Below, in pieces: positions 1 to 8,138 of a stretch of DNA of 64,000 bases. Source of the DNA: Oscillospiraceae bacterium (GTDB lineage Bacteria; Bacillota; Clostridia; Oscillospirales; Oscillospiraceae). Both the position numbers and the translations under genes were made by a program. Location: assembly GCA_009787995.1 (NCBI GenBank), contig WQSH01000001.1, positions 3,942 through 67,941 of the forward strand, read 5' to 3'. The first letter of the stretch is position 1. Every line of letters begins with the position of its first letter. The notes beneath the pieces are model-generated. The model did not search any database and had not been told where the DNA came from. It saw only the letters and a list, made by a program, of their open reading frames with translations.

Positions 1-136
1 CAGTTTGAAAGACCAGAACGGTAAATCCCTGCACGAATGGAGCAAATATTAGGCCCATTTTTTTATTTGACATTTGCCCGGCGGCTTTCCGCAACCAGAA
101 TTGCCCCCGCTCCAGGCGCTTTTCTGTGATAAAAAT

Positions 137-225
137 TTCGTTTTCGAAGCACCCTCCGCCCCTTGCCACAACAAGCTTTCCACAAGTTGTTGTGGCAATT
201 GTTTCACGTGAAACAATATCTATGG
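137..225. repeat. Direct repeat copy A (~85 bp) carrying a parS site
   Basis: Core 173..225 (aagctttccacaagttgttgtGgcaattgtttcacgtgaaacaatatCtatgg) matches 3319..3371 at 51 of 53 positions in the same orientation. Patchier similarity (cgaagcac, cccttgc) extends ~35 bp further left in both copies. Copy A also holds a 12-bp inverted repeat, ttgccacaacaa (163..174) / ttgttgtggcaa (187..198). Confidence 0.85.
200..215. promoter_or_regulatory. parS: parS (ParB/Spo0J binding site), perfect palindrome TGTTTCACGTGAAACA
   Basis: Exact match to the Firmicute parS consensus TGTTNCACGTGAAACA. It is intergenic and origin-proximal (~38 kb from the dnaA-dnaN spacer). Confidence 0.85.
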
Positions 226-301
226 CGAAACTGCGCCCACTCTGCACTCCGGGGCTTGGAGCATTCCTAGGAGGTGCGAGGCCGATGCTGTCGCAGATAG
301 G

Positions 302-997
302 CTAATCCCTAAGACCTTTTCGGGCATATGCAATCACAAACAAGACGGTAAGCACGGCAATGTTGATCCATATTACTGAAAGGGGATATGCAATCCCTGC
401 GGAGAAGTCGTTTACAACCACATTAATCTGCTGTGTGTAGAAAATGCCGACTACGCTTTCCACTCGCTCGTTAAACTGCGCCACCATTGGGCCAAACCCC
501 AAGACCACGGCAACAGGCATGCTCAAGCCCGTAGCGGCCTGTTGGTTCTTTGCATATATCCCGATGGTCGCCCCAAGGATTATAGATGCCACAGCGCCAG
601 ATATCATAACCGCCATAAAAGCCACAAACTCACCTTGGCCGAACCCGCCGATGTAGCCAAAAGCAAACGAGGAAATTACGCTGGCAGTTAAGATTACTCC
701 GCCAATTCCCAGTAAGTACGCCAAGGGCTTGACGCCGGCTATCACCAAAAAGCGCAAACTTTTCTTTTCCCTGTCCTCTGCGATGACGGTACACGCCGAC
801 TGTATCAATGCCATCCCCACAAAAATGCTCGCCATCATTGTGGTAAACATAGTGTCGGAAATATCGTCGTTGCCACGCGCTACAAAATGTGTCATGCCAA
901 ATGCCACAACCGGAAAGAGTACGAACATTATCAGTACCGAAAAATTCTTAGTCATATCTTTCGCTTGCTTAATAAAAATTGCTTTTACGCCCCTCAT
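302..997 (-). CDS. ABC-2 type transporter permease
   Basis: 231-aa polytopic membrane ORF. Its start overlaps the stop of the upstream ATPase gene. Paralogous to the ORF at 49471..50268 (shared FYTQQ(I/L)NV and FGP(M/I)(V/F)AQ(F/M)NER segments). Confidence 0.8.
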   Translation of the reverse strand: MRGVKAIFIKQAKDMTKNFSVLIMFVLFPVVAFGMTHFVARGNDDISDTMFTTMMASIFVGMALIQSACTVIAEDREKKSLRFLVIAGVKPLAYLLGIGGVILTASVISSFAFGYIGGFGQGEFVAFMAVMISGAVASIILGATIGIYAKNQQAATGLSMPVAVVLGFGPMVAQFNERVESVVGIFYTQQINVVVNDFSAGIAYPLSVIWINIAVLTVLFVIAYARKGLRD

Positions 998-1692
998 GAT
1001 AAACCCTCCCCAGTCATTTTAATAAATACCGCTTCTAAGTCCGGCACCGTTTTAATTGCACCATGCCGCTGGCAAATTTCCGCTGGCACACCTTGCTCCA
1101 CAATTCTGCCTTTGTGCAAAAGCAGCACATGGTCGCATAGTTTGACCGCTTCATCCATGTTATGGGTTGTCAAAAATATGGTTGTGCCTCGCTTTTGCAA
1201 ACCTTGGATAAGTTGATGAATCCCTTGTGCTGTCGAGGGGTCAAGGCCGCTTGTTGGCTCATCGAGAAACAGCACCTTAGGGTTATGCAAAATCGCTCGG
1301 GCGAGCGCAAGCCGCTGGCGCATGCCTTTTGAAAGTTGGCCGACCGCCTTTTTTGCGGAGCTGCCCAGCCCAACTCTTTCAAGCGCCTCGCTCGATTTTT
1401 TGTGCGAAATCCCATATATGTCAGCAAAAACGTTGAGATTATCGAGGCAGTTGAGCCTGTCGTACAGCCCGTCTTCATCTAGCATAAGCCCTGTTTCATG
1501 CAGACTTACGCTAATCCTATGGCTGCCGTTGTCTGGGCTTAACTGGTTGGTCAAAATGTTTATTATTGTGGTTTTGCCTGCGCCGGAACGTCCCAAAAGC
1601 CCAAATATTTCTCCTTGCTTAGCTTCAAAGGACACGTTTGAAAGTACAGTTTGTGCACCAAAGGATTTTACAATGTTGTTCATTTTAATCAT
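994..1692 (-). CDS. ABC transporter ATP-binding protein
   Basis: Walker A GRSGAGKTT, ABC signature LSKGMRQR, Walker B LFLDEPTSGLD. ATG at 1692. Confidence 0.9.
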   Translation of the reverse strand: MIKMNNIVKSFGAQTVLSNVSFEAKQGEIFGLLGRSGAGKTTIINILTNQLSPDNGSHRISVSLHETGLMLDEDGLYDRLNCLDNLNVFADIYGISHKKSSEALERVGLGSSAKKAVGQLSKGMRQRLALARAILHNPKVLFLDEPTSGLDPSTAQGIHQLIQGLQKRGTTIFLTTHNMDEAVKLCDHVLLLHKGRIVEQGVPAEICQRHGAIKTVPDLEAVFIKMTGEGLS

Positions 1693-2185
1693 CTTTACTT
1701 CCCTCCCGTTTTAATTTATGATTAGACAGAGCCTTGTTGTAGCGCTTGTCCTCTATCTTTGTTTTTGCAATCATGCCTAGCGACCCAAGCCCAAAACCTC
1801 CTACGAAGAACCCTAAAAATGCAGCCCACGCTTCCCACATGTTGAGAGGGAACCACCGGAATACAATTGCAAAAATAATGCAAGATACAACCCCAAGAAA
1901 TAAGAGCGACACCATGCGCCATAGCAGCATCACTTTTCTGAAGAGCAAATCCGATGTCAGAAGTGTGTTCAAAACACCAAGGGCGAGGGACAGTGCAAAA
2001 ATTTGCGCTATGCTCTGAAATGACAGCCCCGCACTGCCTAACCGGAATATTCCGCCAAACTCGATTTGCGAATCCCCAAGCATCCATCCTGTGGCGCTTA
2101 TCGCCAATATCGAAAGTGCAAACGAAGTTATTGTGTTTTGATAAATTAAATTGACTATTCTCTTTTTTTCCTCCATTATCATCAC
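1685..2185 (-). CDS. DUF3021-like integral membrane protein
   Basis: 166-aa protein with about 4 TM segments. Translationally coupled (4-nt ATGA overlap) to the upstream LytTR gene, the usual LytTR/DUF3021 pairing in Firmicutes. Confidence 0.65.
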   Translation of the reverse strand: MMIMEEKKRIVNLIYQNTITSFALSILAISATGWMLGDSQIEFGGIFRLGSAGLSFQSIAQIFALSLALGVLNTLLTSDLLFRKVMLLWRMVSLLFLGVVSCIIFAIVFRWFPLNMWEAWAAFLGFFVGGFGLGSLGMIAKTKIEDKRYNKALSNHKLKREGSKDD

Positions 2186-2622
2186 GCCCTTCCTAATTTA
2201 TTTTTGATAAACTCGGCATATTGCCTTGATACTATCAATTTCTCGTTATTTTCCATGACTACGACAATCTTTCCGTCAAGGTCTGATTTTAATGACTTTA
2301 TTTTGTTGAAATTTATGATGCTGGACTTTCCAGCTCGGAAGAAGTCGCTTGTGGATAGGTTTTCCTCTAACTCATAAAGCCGCAGGCTTGTTTCGTATAC
2401 AGCCGATTCCGTGTATAAGAACGTCTTTTTGTCCACGGTGTCTATATATAGGATTTTGCTTGTGCTCAGTATGTGCGTCTGCCCGTCCTTTGTGCCTGTC
2501 AGCTTGAAATCCAGAGCACGAAGGCTGGCGATAACTTTTTCGAGTTCCTCACTCATGACGGCGCAGTTTATTGTAATTTCTGTTTCCGCATAATTTTTAT
2601 CTATATTTATGTTTATTTTCAC
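2182..2622 (-). CDS. LytTR-family DNA-binding protein
   Basis: C-terminal LytTR-type sequence (ILYIDTVDKKTFLYT...FFRAGKSSIINFNKIKS). Likely start is the GTG at 2622, preceded by GGAGGTG. The open frame extends to 2655. Confidence 0.8.
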   Translation of the reverse strand: MKININIDKNYAETEITINCAVMSEELEKVIASLRALDFKLTGTKDGQTHILSTSKILYIDTVDKKTFLYTESAVYETSLRLYELEENLSTSDFFRAGKSSIINFNKIKSLKSDLDGKIVVVMENNEKLIVSRQYAEFIKNKLGRA

Positions 2623-2875
2623 GAATTCACCTCCCCGGGGCAAAGTAGGTTGCAAACAGAGCTTGCGGACAGCCAGTAGGCAATGCCTGTTTAAGATAGT
2701 ATATACCTAACGCTTCACTTGCAAGCGATTTTTCCTAAGATACAAAAAAATGCCCCTAAGTTACGCTTAAGGGCCGCTAAGCACGCTGCCTGGCTGCTGC
2801 TGCGGCCAGAAGGATTAGCTACTACAAAGAAAAGCACGCTTCATGCTTTTCAGTGCGAAAGGACGAGTCATAAAT

Positions 2876-3247
2876 ATGGAATTACAAAAAATAGAGGGAG
2901 ACTTTTGTGTGTGCAAGATAGAAAGCATAGCGCAAATAGACTTCACAAGGGAACTGCTGTTTGTTGCAAAAGCCCCTGATGAAATTTCCTTAGTTTGCGA
3001 ATCTGCGCATGTGCCTTCAAATGCCGTGGAAATTGAAAAGGGCTGGAAGGCATTGAGAATATCAGGAACATTAGATTTCGGGTTAGTTGGGGTAGTGGCA
3101 AAGATTTCAAGCATCTTAGCTGATGCGCAAATCAGCATATTCGTCGTATCAACATACAACACAGACTACATCCTTATGAAAGAAGAACGCCTCTGCAAAG
3201 GACTTCAAACCCTTATTAATAATGGCTATGTCGTAAACGAAGTATAA
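2876..3247 (+). CDS. ACT-domain protein
   Basis: The pattern ...WKALRISGTLDFGLVGVVAKISSILADAQISIFVVSTYNTDYILM is typical of small ACT-domain proteins. The ATG at 2876 is the first ATG after the open-frame start at 2843. Confidence 0.65.
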   Translation: MELQKIEGDFCVCKIESIAQIDFTRELLFVAKAPDEISLVCESAHVPSNAVEIEKGWKALRISGTLDFGLVGVVAKISSILADAQISIFVVSTYNTDYILMKEERLCKGLQTLINNGYVVNEV

Positions 3248-3284
3248 TTGCTCACATTTGAGGCGTTTCTCTGCAACTAGTGCC

Positions 3285-3371
3285 TCGTTCCCGAAGCACT
3301 AGAAACCCCTTGCGAAGCAAGCTTTCCACAAGTTGTTGTAGCAATTGTTTCACGTGAAACAATATATATGG
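3285..3371. repeat. Direct repeat copy B (~85 bp) carrying a parS site
   Basis: See copy A; core 3319..3371. Preceded by a 7-bp stem, ctagtgc/gcactag. Confidence 0.85.
3346..3361. promoter_or_regulatory. parS: parS, perfect palindrome TGTTTCACGTGAAACA
   Basis: Exact 16-mer identical to the site at 200..215; intergenic. Confidence 0.85.
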
Positions 3372-3541
3372 AGTACGTATCTCATGGCTCATTTTGGATA
3401 AGAAATCGCTTTTGGCTTTTGATGCGGCTTCGGCATGAAGTTGAGACTGTATAACCCATAGTGTTAAATAAATTTAATAACTGCCATTCTATGTCGTAGC
3501 TCTCATCCGTAAGCCCTCGACGGGCGTGGTTTGTAGCCGCA

Positions 3542-3763
3542 TCAAGCATCCACCAAGTATAAAGTACCCACCGTTTCAAAAATGCCGAAGGTCATGTTGG
3601 CATTGCCCTTCAGCCGTTCTTCAAGCAGCGCATTCATTTGGTTGGTTATCTGAGCGGCCCTAACTAACGTAACAGCCCCGGTCGCCAAGATTACCACTAT
3701 AATCAGTACCAGCACAATCCGCGATTTTACCGTGAGGTTGTTAATTAGTTTTTTTATCATCAT
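3542..3763 (-). CDS. Small single-pass membrane protein, possibly the N-terminal remnant of a sensor protein
   Basis: 73-aa ORF whose ATG overlaps the stop of the REC-HD-GYP gene (ATGA). N-terminal TM segment (IVLVLIIVVILATGAVTLV) like the start of MCP or kinase sensors. An overlapping out-of-frame ORF (3382..3579) hints at a frameshifted longer gene. Confidence 0.3.
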   Translation of the reverse strand: MMIKKLINNLTVKSRIVLVLIIVVILATGAVTLVRAAQITNQMNALLEERLKGNANMTFGIFETVGTLYLVDA

Positions 3764-4860
3764 CTTTTAACCTCCGTTGCTATGCGCTCAAATTCATGGT
3801 GAACTTTTTGAAATACATCCGTTAAAACGGGGTCGAAATGCCCTCCGCGTCCTTCTATGATTATTTTCATTGCTTTTTCGTGGGCAAAAGCATCTTTGTA
3901 TGGACGCGGTTCCACAAGGGCATCATACACATCGCCAATGGCCATCATCCTGCCGAGCAGGGGGATGTTTTCCCCTGCAAATTTGTGAGGGTAGCCGCTA
4001 CCGTCCCATTTTTCGTGGTGGGATATGGCAAAAATTCTGGCATACTCTAAAAAATCGCTGTCCATTGTCTTTTCTTTAAGCCGCTCTATTACCTCACCGC
4101 CAAATAGGGTATGGTTTTTGATAGTTTCAAATTCTTCTGCCGTAAGTTTGCCGGGTTTGTTAAGAATGGCATCACTTACGGCAATTTTGCCCACATCATG
4201 AAGTTGGCAAGATTGAAGCACAAGCTCTTCGTCAAGCCTATTCACTTCTTCGGCATATACTCCCTGACTACGCATGACATCCAATAACGCTTTCATATAC
4301 CTTTGTGTGCGTACAATGTGCCCACCTGTAATTTCATCCCTGTATTCCACCAACTCTGCCATAGTTGAAATGATGGCGTTTTTAAGCTCTACAACCATTT
4401 CTGTTTTTTCGTCTACCAATTGTTCCAGATTATTATTAAGGAACAGCAATTCGCGCTTTTGGGTGACGAGTTCGCGCTTTTGCGCTTCAACTAAAAGGTG
4501 AACCTCCAACCGCTTTAGAAGCAAAGGGGCAGAAAATGGTTTTGTGATATAGTCTATAGCCCCCAAGGTCAGACCTTTTAGCTCCATGGCTTCATCTGTT
4601 AGGGCGGTCAGAAAAATAACAGGAATGTTAGCTGTTTTATCGTCGGCTTTAAGCCGCTGTATTGCCTCATGACCGTCCATTTCTGGCATGTTCACATCCA
4701 GTAAAATTAAATCCGGGTGCAAATTTTCCAGCATTTCAAGCATATCCGCACCTGAATCCAAGGTAAACACATTATATACGCCGGATAATGCCTTTTTTCC
4801 GATTGTCAGGTTCGTCATATCATCGTCAACTAAAAATACCGTTTTGCGTTTTTTGTCCAT
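3760..4860 (-). CDS. Response regulator with HD-GYP domain (c-di-GMP phosphodiesterase type, RpfG-like)
   Basis: REC motifs (VFLVDDD, LILLDVNMPEMDG, TKP) plus HD-GYP motifs (QLHDVGK, HHEKWDGSGYP). ATG at 4860 (MDKKRK); an upstream in-frame GTG lies at 4890. Confidence 0.9.
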   Translation of the reverse strand: MDKKRKTVFLVDDDMTNLTIGKKALSGVYNVFTLDSGADMLEMLENLHPDLILLDVNMPEMDGHEAIQRLKADDKTANIPVIFLTALTDEAMELKGLTLGAIDYITKPFSAPLLLKRLEVHLLVEAQKRELVTQKRELLFLNNNLEQLVDEKTEMVVELKNAIISTMAELVEYRDEITGGHIVRTQRYMKALLDVMRSQGVYAEEVNRLDEELVLQSCQLHDVGKIAVSDAILNKPGKLTAEEFETIKNHTLFGGEVIERLKEKTMDSDFLEYARIFAISHHEKWDGSGYPHKFAGENIPLLGRMMAIGDVYDALVEPRPYKDAFAHEKAMKIIIEGRGGHFDPVLTDVFQKVHHEFERIATEVKR

Positions 4861-5205
4861 GAAGCTGCCCTCCGATTTTCTTTCTGCCACTATAAAAAAC
4901 CAATATTTGGGAAATACTATTTATGAGATTTGCAAGCGGGGTCAGTACATGCCTTCTCATTACGATGGAACTAATAAGCATATATAAAATAAGCGCAAAA
5001 ACCAAAATTGCCACAAAATAAAACATATCCCTTACACTAAATAACTGTAGCGATTATGGTAATCGTAACTAGTATTAACGCCATAATAGTAAAATTTATG
5101 GAAAAAACACGCAGTGCAATTCTGCTACGGCATGAACGCTTTGGCACCATCGTTATTATCGCTCCCTAGCAAATTTTAATTTTTCTATTTAATCATAACA
5201 TCCTC

Positions 5206-5248
5206 AATATATTAAAAAGCTTCGGTTAGTGAATTTTAACCGAAGCCT
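5206..5248. repeat. Left copy of the 43-bp inverted repeat bracketing the kinase/regulator pair
   Basis: aatatattaaaaagcttcggttagtgaattttaaccgaagcct. The reverse complement of 8093..8135 matches at 38 of 43 positions (hand alignment). Contains a 10-bp stem, gcttcggtta/taaccgaagc. Confidence 0.8.
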
Positions 5249-5263
5249 GTCTTGACCGAAGTC

Positions 5264-5292
5264 TTGACTGATTGCGATAAAACGAATATAAT
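5264..5292 (+). promoter_or_regulatory. Sigma-A-type promoter of the kinase/regulator operon
   Basis: TTGACT (5264..5269), 17-nt spacer, TATAAT (5287..5292), ~45 nt upstream of the ATG at 5336. Confidence 0.6.
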
Positions 5293-5335
5293 TAAATTAG
5301 TCGACAAAATTACGGAGGGAGGTGGGCGATACACA

Positions 5336-7306
5336 ATGAATAAAGCACTGTATGCAAGCATGAAACGATATATCACCTTTTCTGCCCTGCTCTTAATAAT
5401 AGTGACGGTCTCTTGGCTGTGGGCTAACCTCCCGGAGGAACATGTTATTCGTGTTTACAGCAACAACGCAACTTGGGATTTACGCGATTTCAATTTTGAA
5501 AGTGCTAACCCAGGCATTCTTGGCCGGGTGGAATTTATACCGATTTCTTTCCTTTCGCCGGATGAATTTGCCGAACGAACGGATGAAATATCCCTGAGAT
5601 ACCCCACAATCAGAGGCGCTGGGGGAACGGTACGTTTACGGTTTTTGCTTCCAGGTGATGCGTACTATGTATTCACACGCACCAGCTCCGGATATTCGGA
5701 CAGCATTTTTGTTAATGGTGAATGGCTTCGTGACTTGGGCAACCCGGGGGGAAATGATAGAGAAACTCGCTTTGCACCACGCATCACTTTTGCGGTGCGG
5801 CCTGTAAACGGTGTTGTTGAAATCGTGCATCAGCAATCCAATTTCACCTATGTTATACACGGTGTTTATAGGGGTGGCGGATTGGATATGTATAATTACA
5901 ATATGCGGATTCGGCAAACAGAGTATACAACCAATATAATGCTTGGAATTCTGCTTGCTTTGACGATAATTTCGCTGTTATTGTATCTGCTTTTATATCA
6001 ACACGCACCTGCGTTACTGTTTGCACTGTTTTGCTTTTTATGGTTTTTGGCTATAGGAGCCAGAGGCGTAATCGTGTTTACAACGACATTCCCTTGGCTT
6101 GATGAACCAATACGATTTCGCTTTTGGTCAACCATCATTACTTCAACCAGCGTTATGATATACGCAATAATTCATTCTATGTTCCCGCAGGCATATAACA
6201 AATATGCTTTCCGCTTTATATTTGGCATGGGACTGGCATGGACGATTTATCTTTTATTTGCCGATATGGAAGCGGTAATGAATCATGGGACTTCGGTAGG
6301 TTTGGCGATTACGGGCATCGCTGTTTTTTATTCAGCATTCGCTACGCTTAGAAAAATGCACCTGTCAAACCCTCATCAGTTTATGTTGGTTGTGGGCACA
6401 ATTATCCTAGGCTATACAGCACTTAGGGAAGCCTTTTTCGATTTTAACAACAATGTACCTTGGTTCAATTTTATGCTTCCGCCTTTTGAAGGTACAAACT
6501 TTACCCGCATTGGCGCAATAACATTATTGCTGTGTTTGGCTTCTGCCGTGTTTATGGCAATTATGGAGGAAATGAAAAAATCAAAAGAAGCCGAGCAACA
6601 CTTGGCCGTCGAAAATGCTGCCCTTGAAAGCCTATCCCGCATGAAAACAGAATTTATGGCAAATTTGAGCCATGAAATTAAAACACCGCTGACGGTGGTT
6701 TTGAATGATATACAGCGAATAGGCAGGGAATCTCGCAAACAAGGCTTAGAAAGTGAAAAAATCAACGAATCTATCAGCCGAGCGAAAGATGAAATTATGC
6801 GCATGGCTCGCCTTACTGAGAGTGCAATCAAAATGGCAGCATTGCAGGAGAATCGTGAAAAGGCAGCTGCGCTTGACCCAACCTCTCTTTTTATAACGGC
6901 TGCGGAAGGATACTTCGGTATTATCGAAAAGCAGAATAATGCGCTAATCATTAACGCAGAAGAAAATTTGCCCCATATATATGGCAATGCCGACCAACTA
7001 ATCGGAGTGCTGTTAAATTTATTGGCCAACTCTAATAAGCACACATCCAAGGGAGAACTCATAGTAAGTATAGAAGCGAAAGAACAGTTTGTATTCGTCA
7101 CAGTCAAAGACAACGGCATGGGCATCCCAACTGATATACTACCCCATGTTTTTGAGCGGGGTGTATCCGGTTCGGGCAGCACAGGTATGGGGCTGGCGAT
7201 ATGCAAAAATACCGTAGAATCCCACGGCGGGACGATTCGGGTTAATAGCGAAATAGACAAAGGCACAGAGGTTGTATTCACGATACCGATAACCGATATT
7301 TTATAG
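5336..7306 (+). CDS. Sensor histidine kinase: extracellular domain, 7 TM segments, HisKA and HATPase (7TMR-DISM-like)
   Basis: ATG at 5336 preceded by GGAGGGAGGTGG. H-box LSHEIKTPLT; N, G1 and G2 boxes (LLANSNKHT, DNGMGI, GSTGMGLAI). The long hydrophobic central region has about 7 TM segments. Confidence 0.9.
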   Translation: MNKALYASMKRYITFSALLLIIVTVSWLWANLPEEHVIRVYSNNATWDLRDFNFESANPGILGRVEFIPISFLSPDEFAERTDEISLRYPTIRGAGGTVRLRFLLPGDAYYVFTRTSSGYSDSIFVNGEWLRDLGNPGGNDRETRFAPRITFAVRPVNGVVEIVHQQSNFTYVIHGVYRGGGLDMYNYNMRIRQTEYTTNIMLGILLALTIISLLLYLLLYQHAPALLFALFCFLWFLAIGARGVIVFTTTFPWLDEPIRFRFWSTIITSTSVMIYAIIHSMFPQAYNKYAFRFIFGMGLAWTIYLLFADMEAVMNHGTSVGLAITGIAVFYSAFATLRKMHLSNPHQFMLVVGTIILGYTALREAFFDFNNNVPWFNFMLPPFEGTNFTRIGAITLLLCLASAVFMAIMEEMKKSKEAEQHLAVENAALESLSRMKTEFMANLSHEIKTPLTVVLNDIQRIGRESRKQGLESEKINESISRAKDEIMRMARLTESAIKMAALQENREKAAALDPTSLFITAAEGYFGIIEKQNNALIINAEENLPHIYGNADQLIGVLLNLLANSNKHTSKGELIVSIEAKEQFVFVTVKDNGMGIPTDILPHVFERGVSGSGSTGMGLAICKNTVESHGGTIRVNSEIDKGTEVVFTIPITDIL

Positions 7307-7326
7307 GGAAAGGTTGGTTGAGGCTG

Positions 7327-8058
7327 ATGTTTAATATTCTACTTGTTGAGGACAATGAGACTATACAAAAACTCAACAAAGAGATGCTGGAAGAAGAAAG
7401 CGGCTACAAGGTTCGTACTGCCATGAATCTTGCCGAGGCGCGGGAAAGTATTAAGCAGTCTACGCCCAACCTTATTGTCCTTGACATTATGCTGCCGGAC
7501 GGAAGCGGGCTGGACTTTCTAAAGGAACTTAGGCAAACGGGGGCGGATGTTCCCATTCTACTGCTAACAGCACTTTCAGAATCCAGCGATGAGGTAAAGG
7601 GCATAAGAGAGGGCGGCGATGATTATGTGGCAAAGCCTTATGACAGCGAGGTTCTTCTTGTGCGCATTGAAAAATTACTAAATCAGAAGCAAAGAGCAGA
7701 CGAACGGGTTAAGGATGCGGTTGCGCAAACGAAAACCGCCGCCGATGTTGCGGAGTATGGTAAACTAACTGTCAACAACATAACACAACGGGCAAAACTG
7801 AACGGTGAAGATGCTAACTTCACCCCCAAGGAGTTTTCCGTATTGGCTTACTTCCTAAAGAACATGGACAAGAAAATAACCCCAGTGGAAATATATGAGG
7901 GCGTATGGGGGCAAGATTCAATTAATAATGCAGGGGCAATTAAGGTGCACATCAGCGGCATCCGCAAAAAGCTGAAAATGGAGGATGAAACTTCTGTGGT
8001 GATAGAGACGGTGGAACGGAAATATTATATATGCCGCTTCCCTCATAACGAAGGCTAG
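7327..8058 (+). CDS. OmpR/PhoB-family response regulator
   Basis: REC domain (ILLVEDNE, LIVLDIMLPDGSG, AKP) plus a winged-helix C-terminus (FTPKEFSVLAYFLKN...IRKKL). An alternative TTG start lies at 7318. Confidence 0.9.
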   Translation: MFNILLVEDNETIQKLNKEMLEEESGYKVRTAMNLAEARESIKQSTPNLIVLDIMLPDGSGLDFLKELRQTGADVPILLLTALSESSDEVKGIREGGDDYVAKPYDSEVLLVRIEKLLNQKQRADERVKDAVAQTKTAADVAEYGKLTVNNITQRAKLNGEDANFTPKEFSVLAYFLKNMDKKITPVEIYEGVWGQDSINNAGAIKVHISGIRKKLKMEDETSVVIETVERKYYICRFPHNEG

Positions 8059-8092
8059 CTCCTATATTACAATAAAACATAAAAATAATCCA

Positions 8093-8135
8093 AGGCTTCG
8101 GTTAAGATTTGCTAACCCAAGCCTTTTAATATATT
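8093..8135 (+). terminator. Right copy of the 43-bp inverted repeat; stem-loop plus T-tract after the regulator gene
   Basis: aggcttcggttaagatttgctaacccaagcc followed by ttttaatatatt. The stem is aaggcttcggtta/taacccaagcctt with 1 mismatch. It ends 3 nt before the MCP start codon. Confidence 0.5.
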
Positions 8136-8138
8136 AAA

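Noticed and set aside
2656-2842. Small hairpins (cgctt/aagcg plus T-tract; ggccgc/gcggcc) in the LytTR/ACT divergent intergenic region.
   Set aside because: The stems are short (5-6 bp), there is no upstream gene to terminate, and nothing distinguishes them from chance.
6412-7281. Long antisense ORFs inside well-supported genes. Examples: 6412..7281 (289 aa), 24223..24864, 25726..26370, 32606..33316, 20550..21194, 59728..60327, 22906..23484, 33234..33797.
   Set aside because: Each lies entirely within, and antisense or out of frame to, a gene with clear conserved motifs. Their translations are Ser/Ala/Arg/Pro-rich low-complexity sequence with no motif, no Shine-Dalgarno and no independent support. 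These are typical shadow ORFs.
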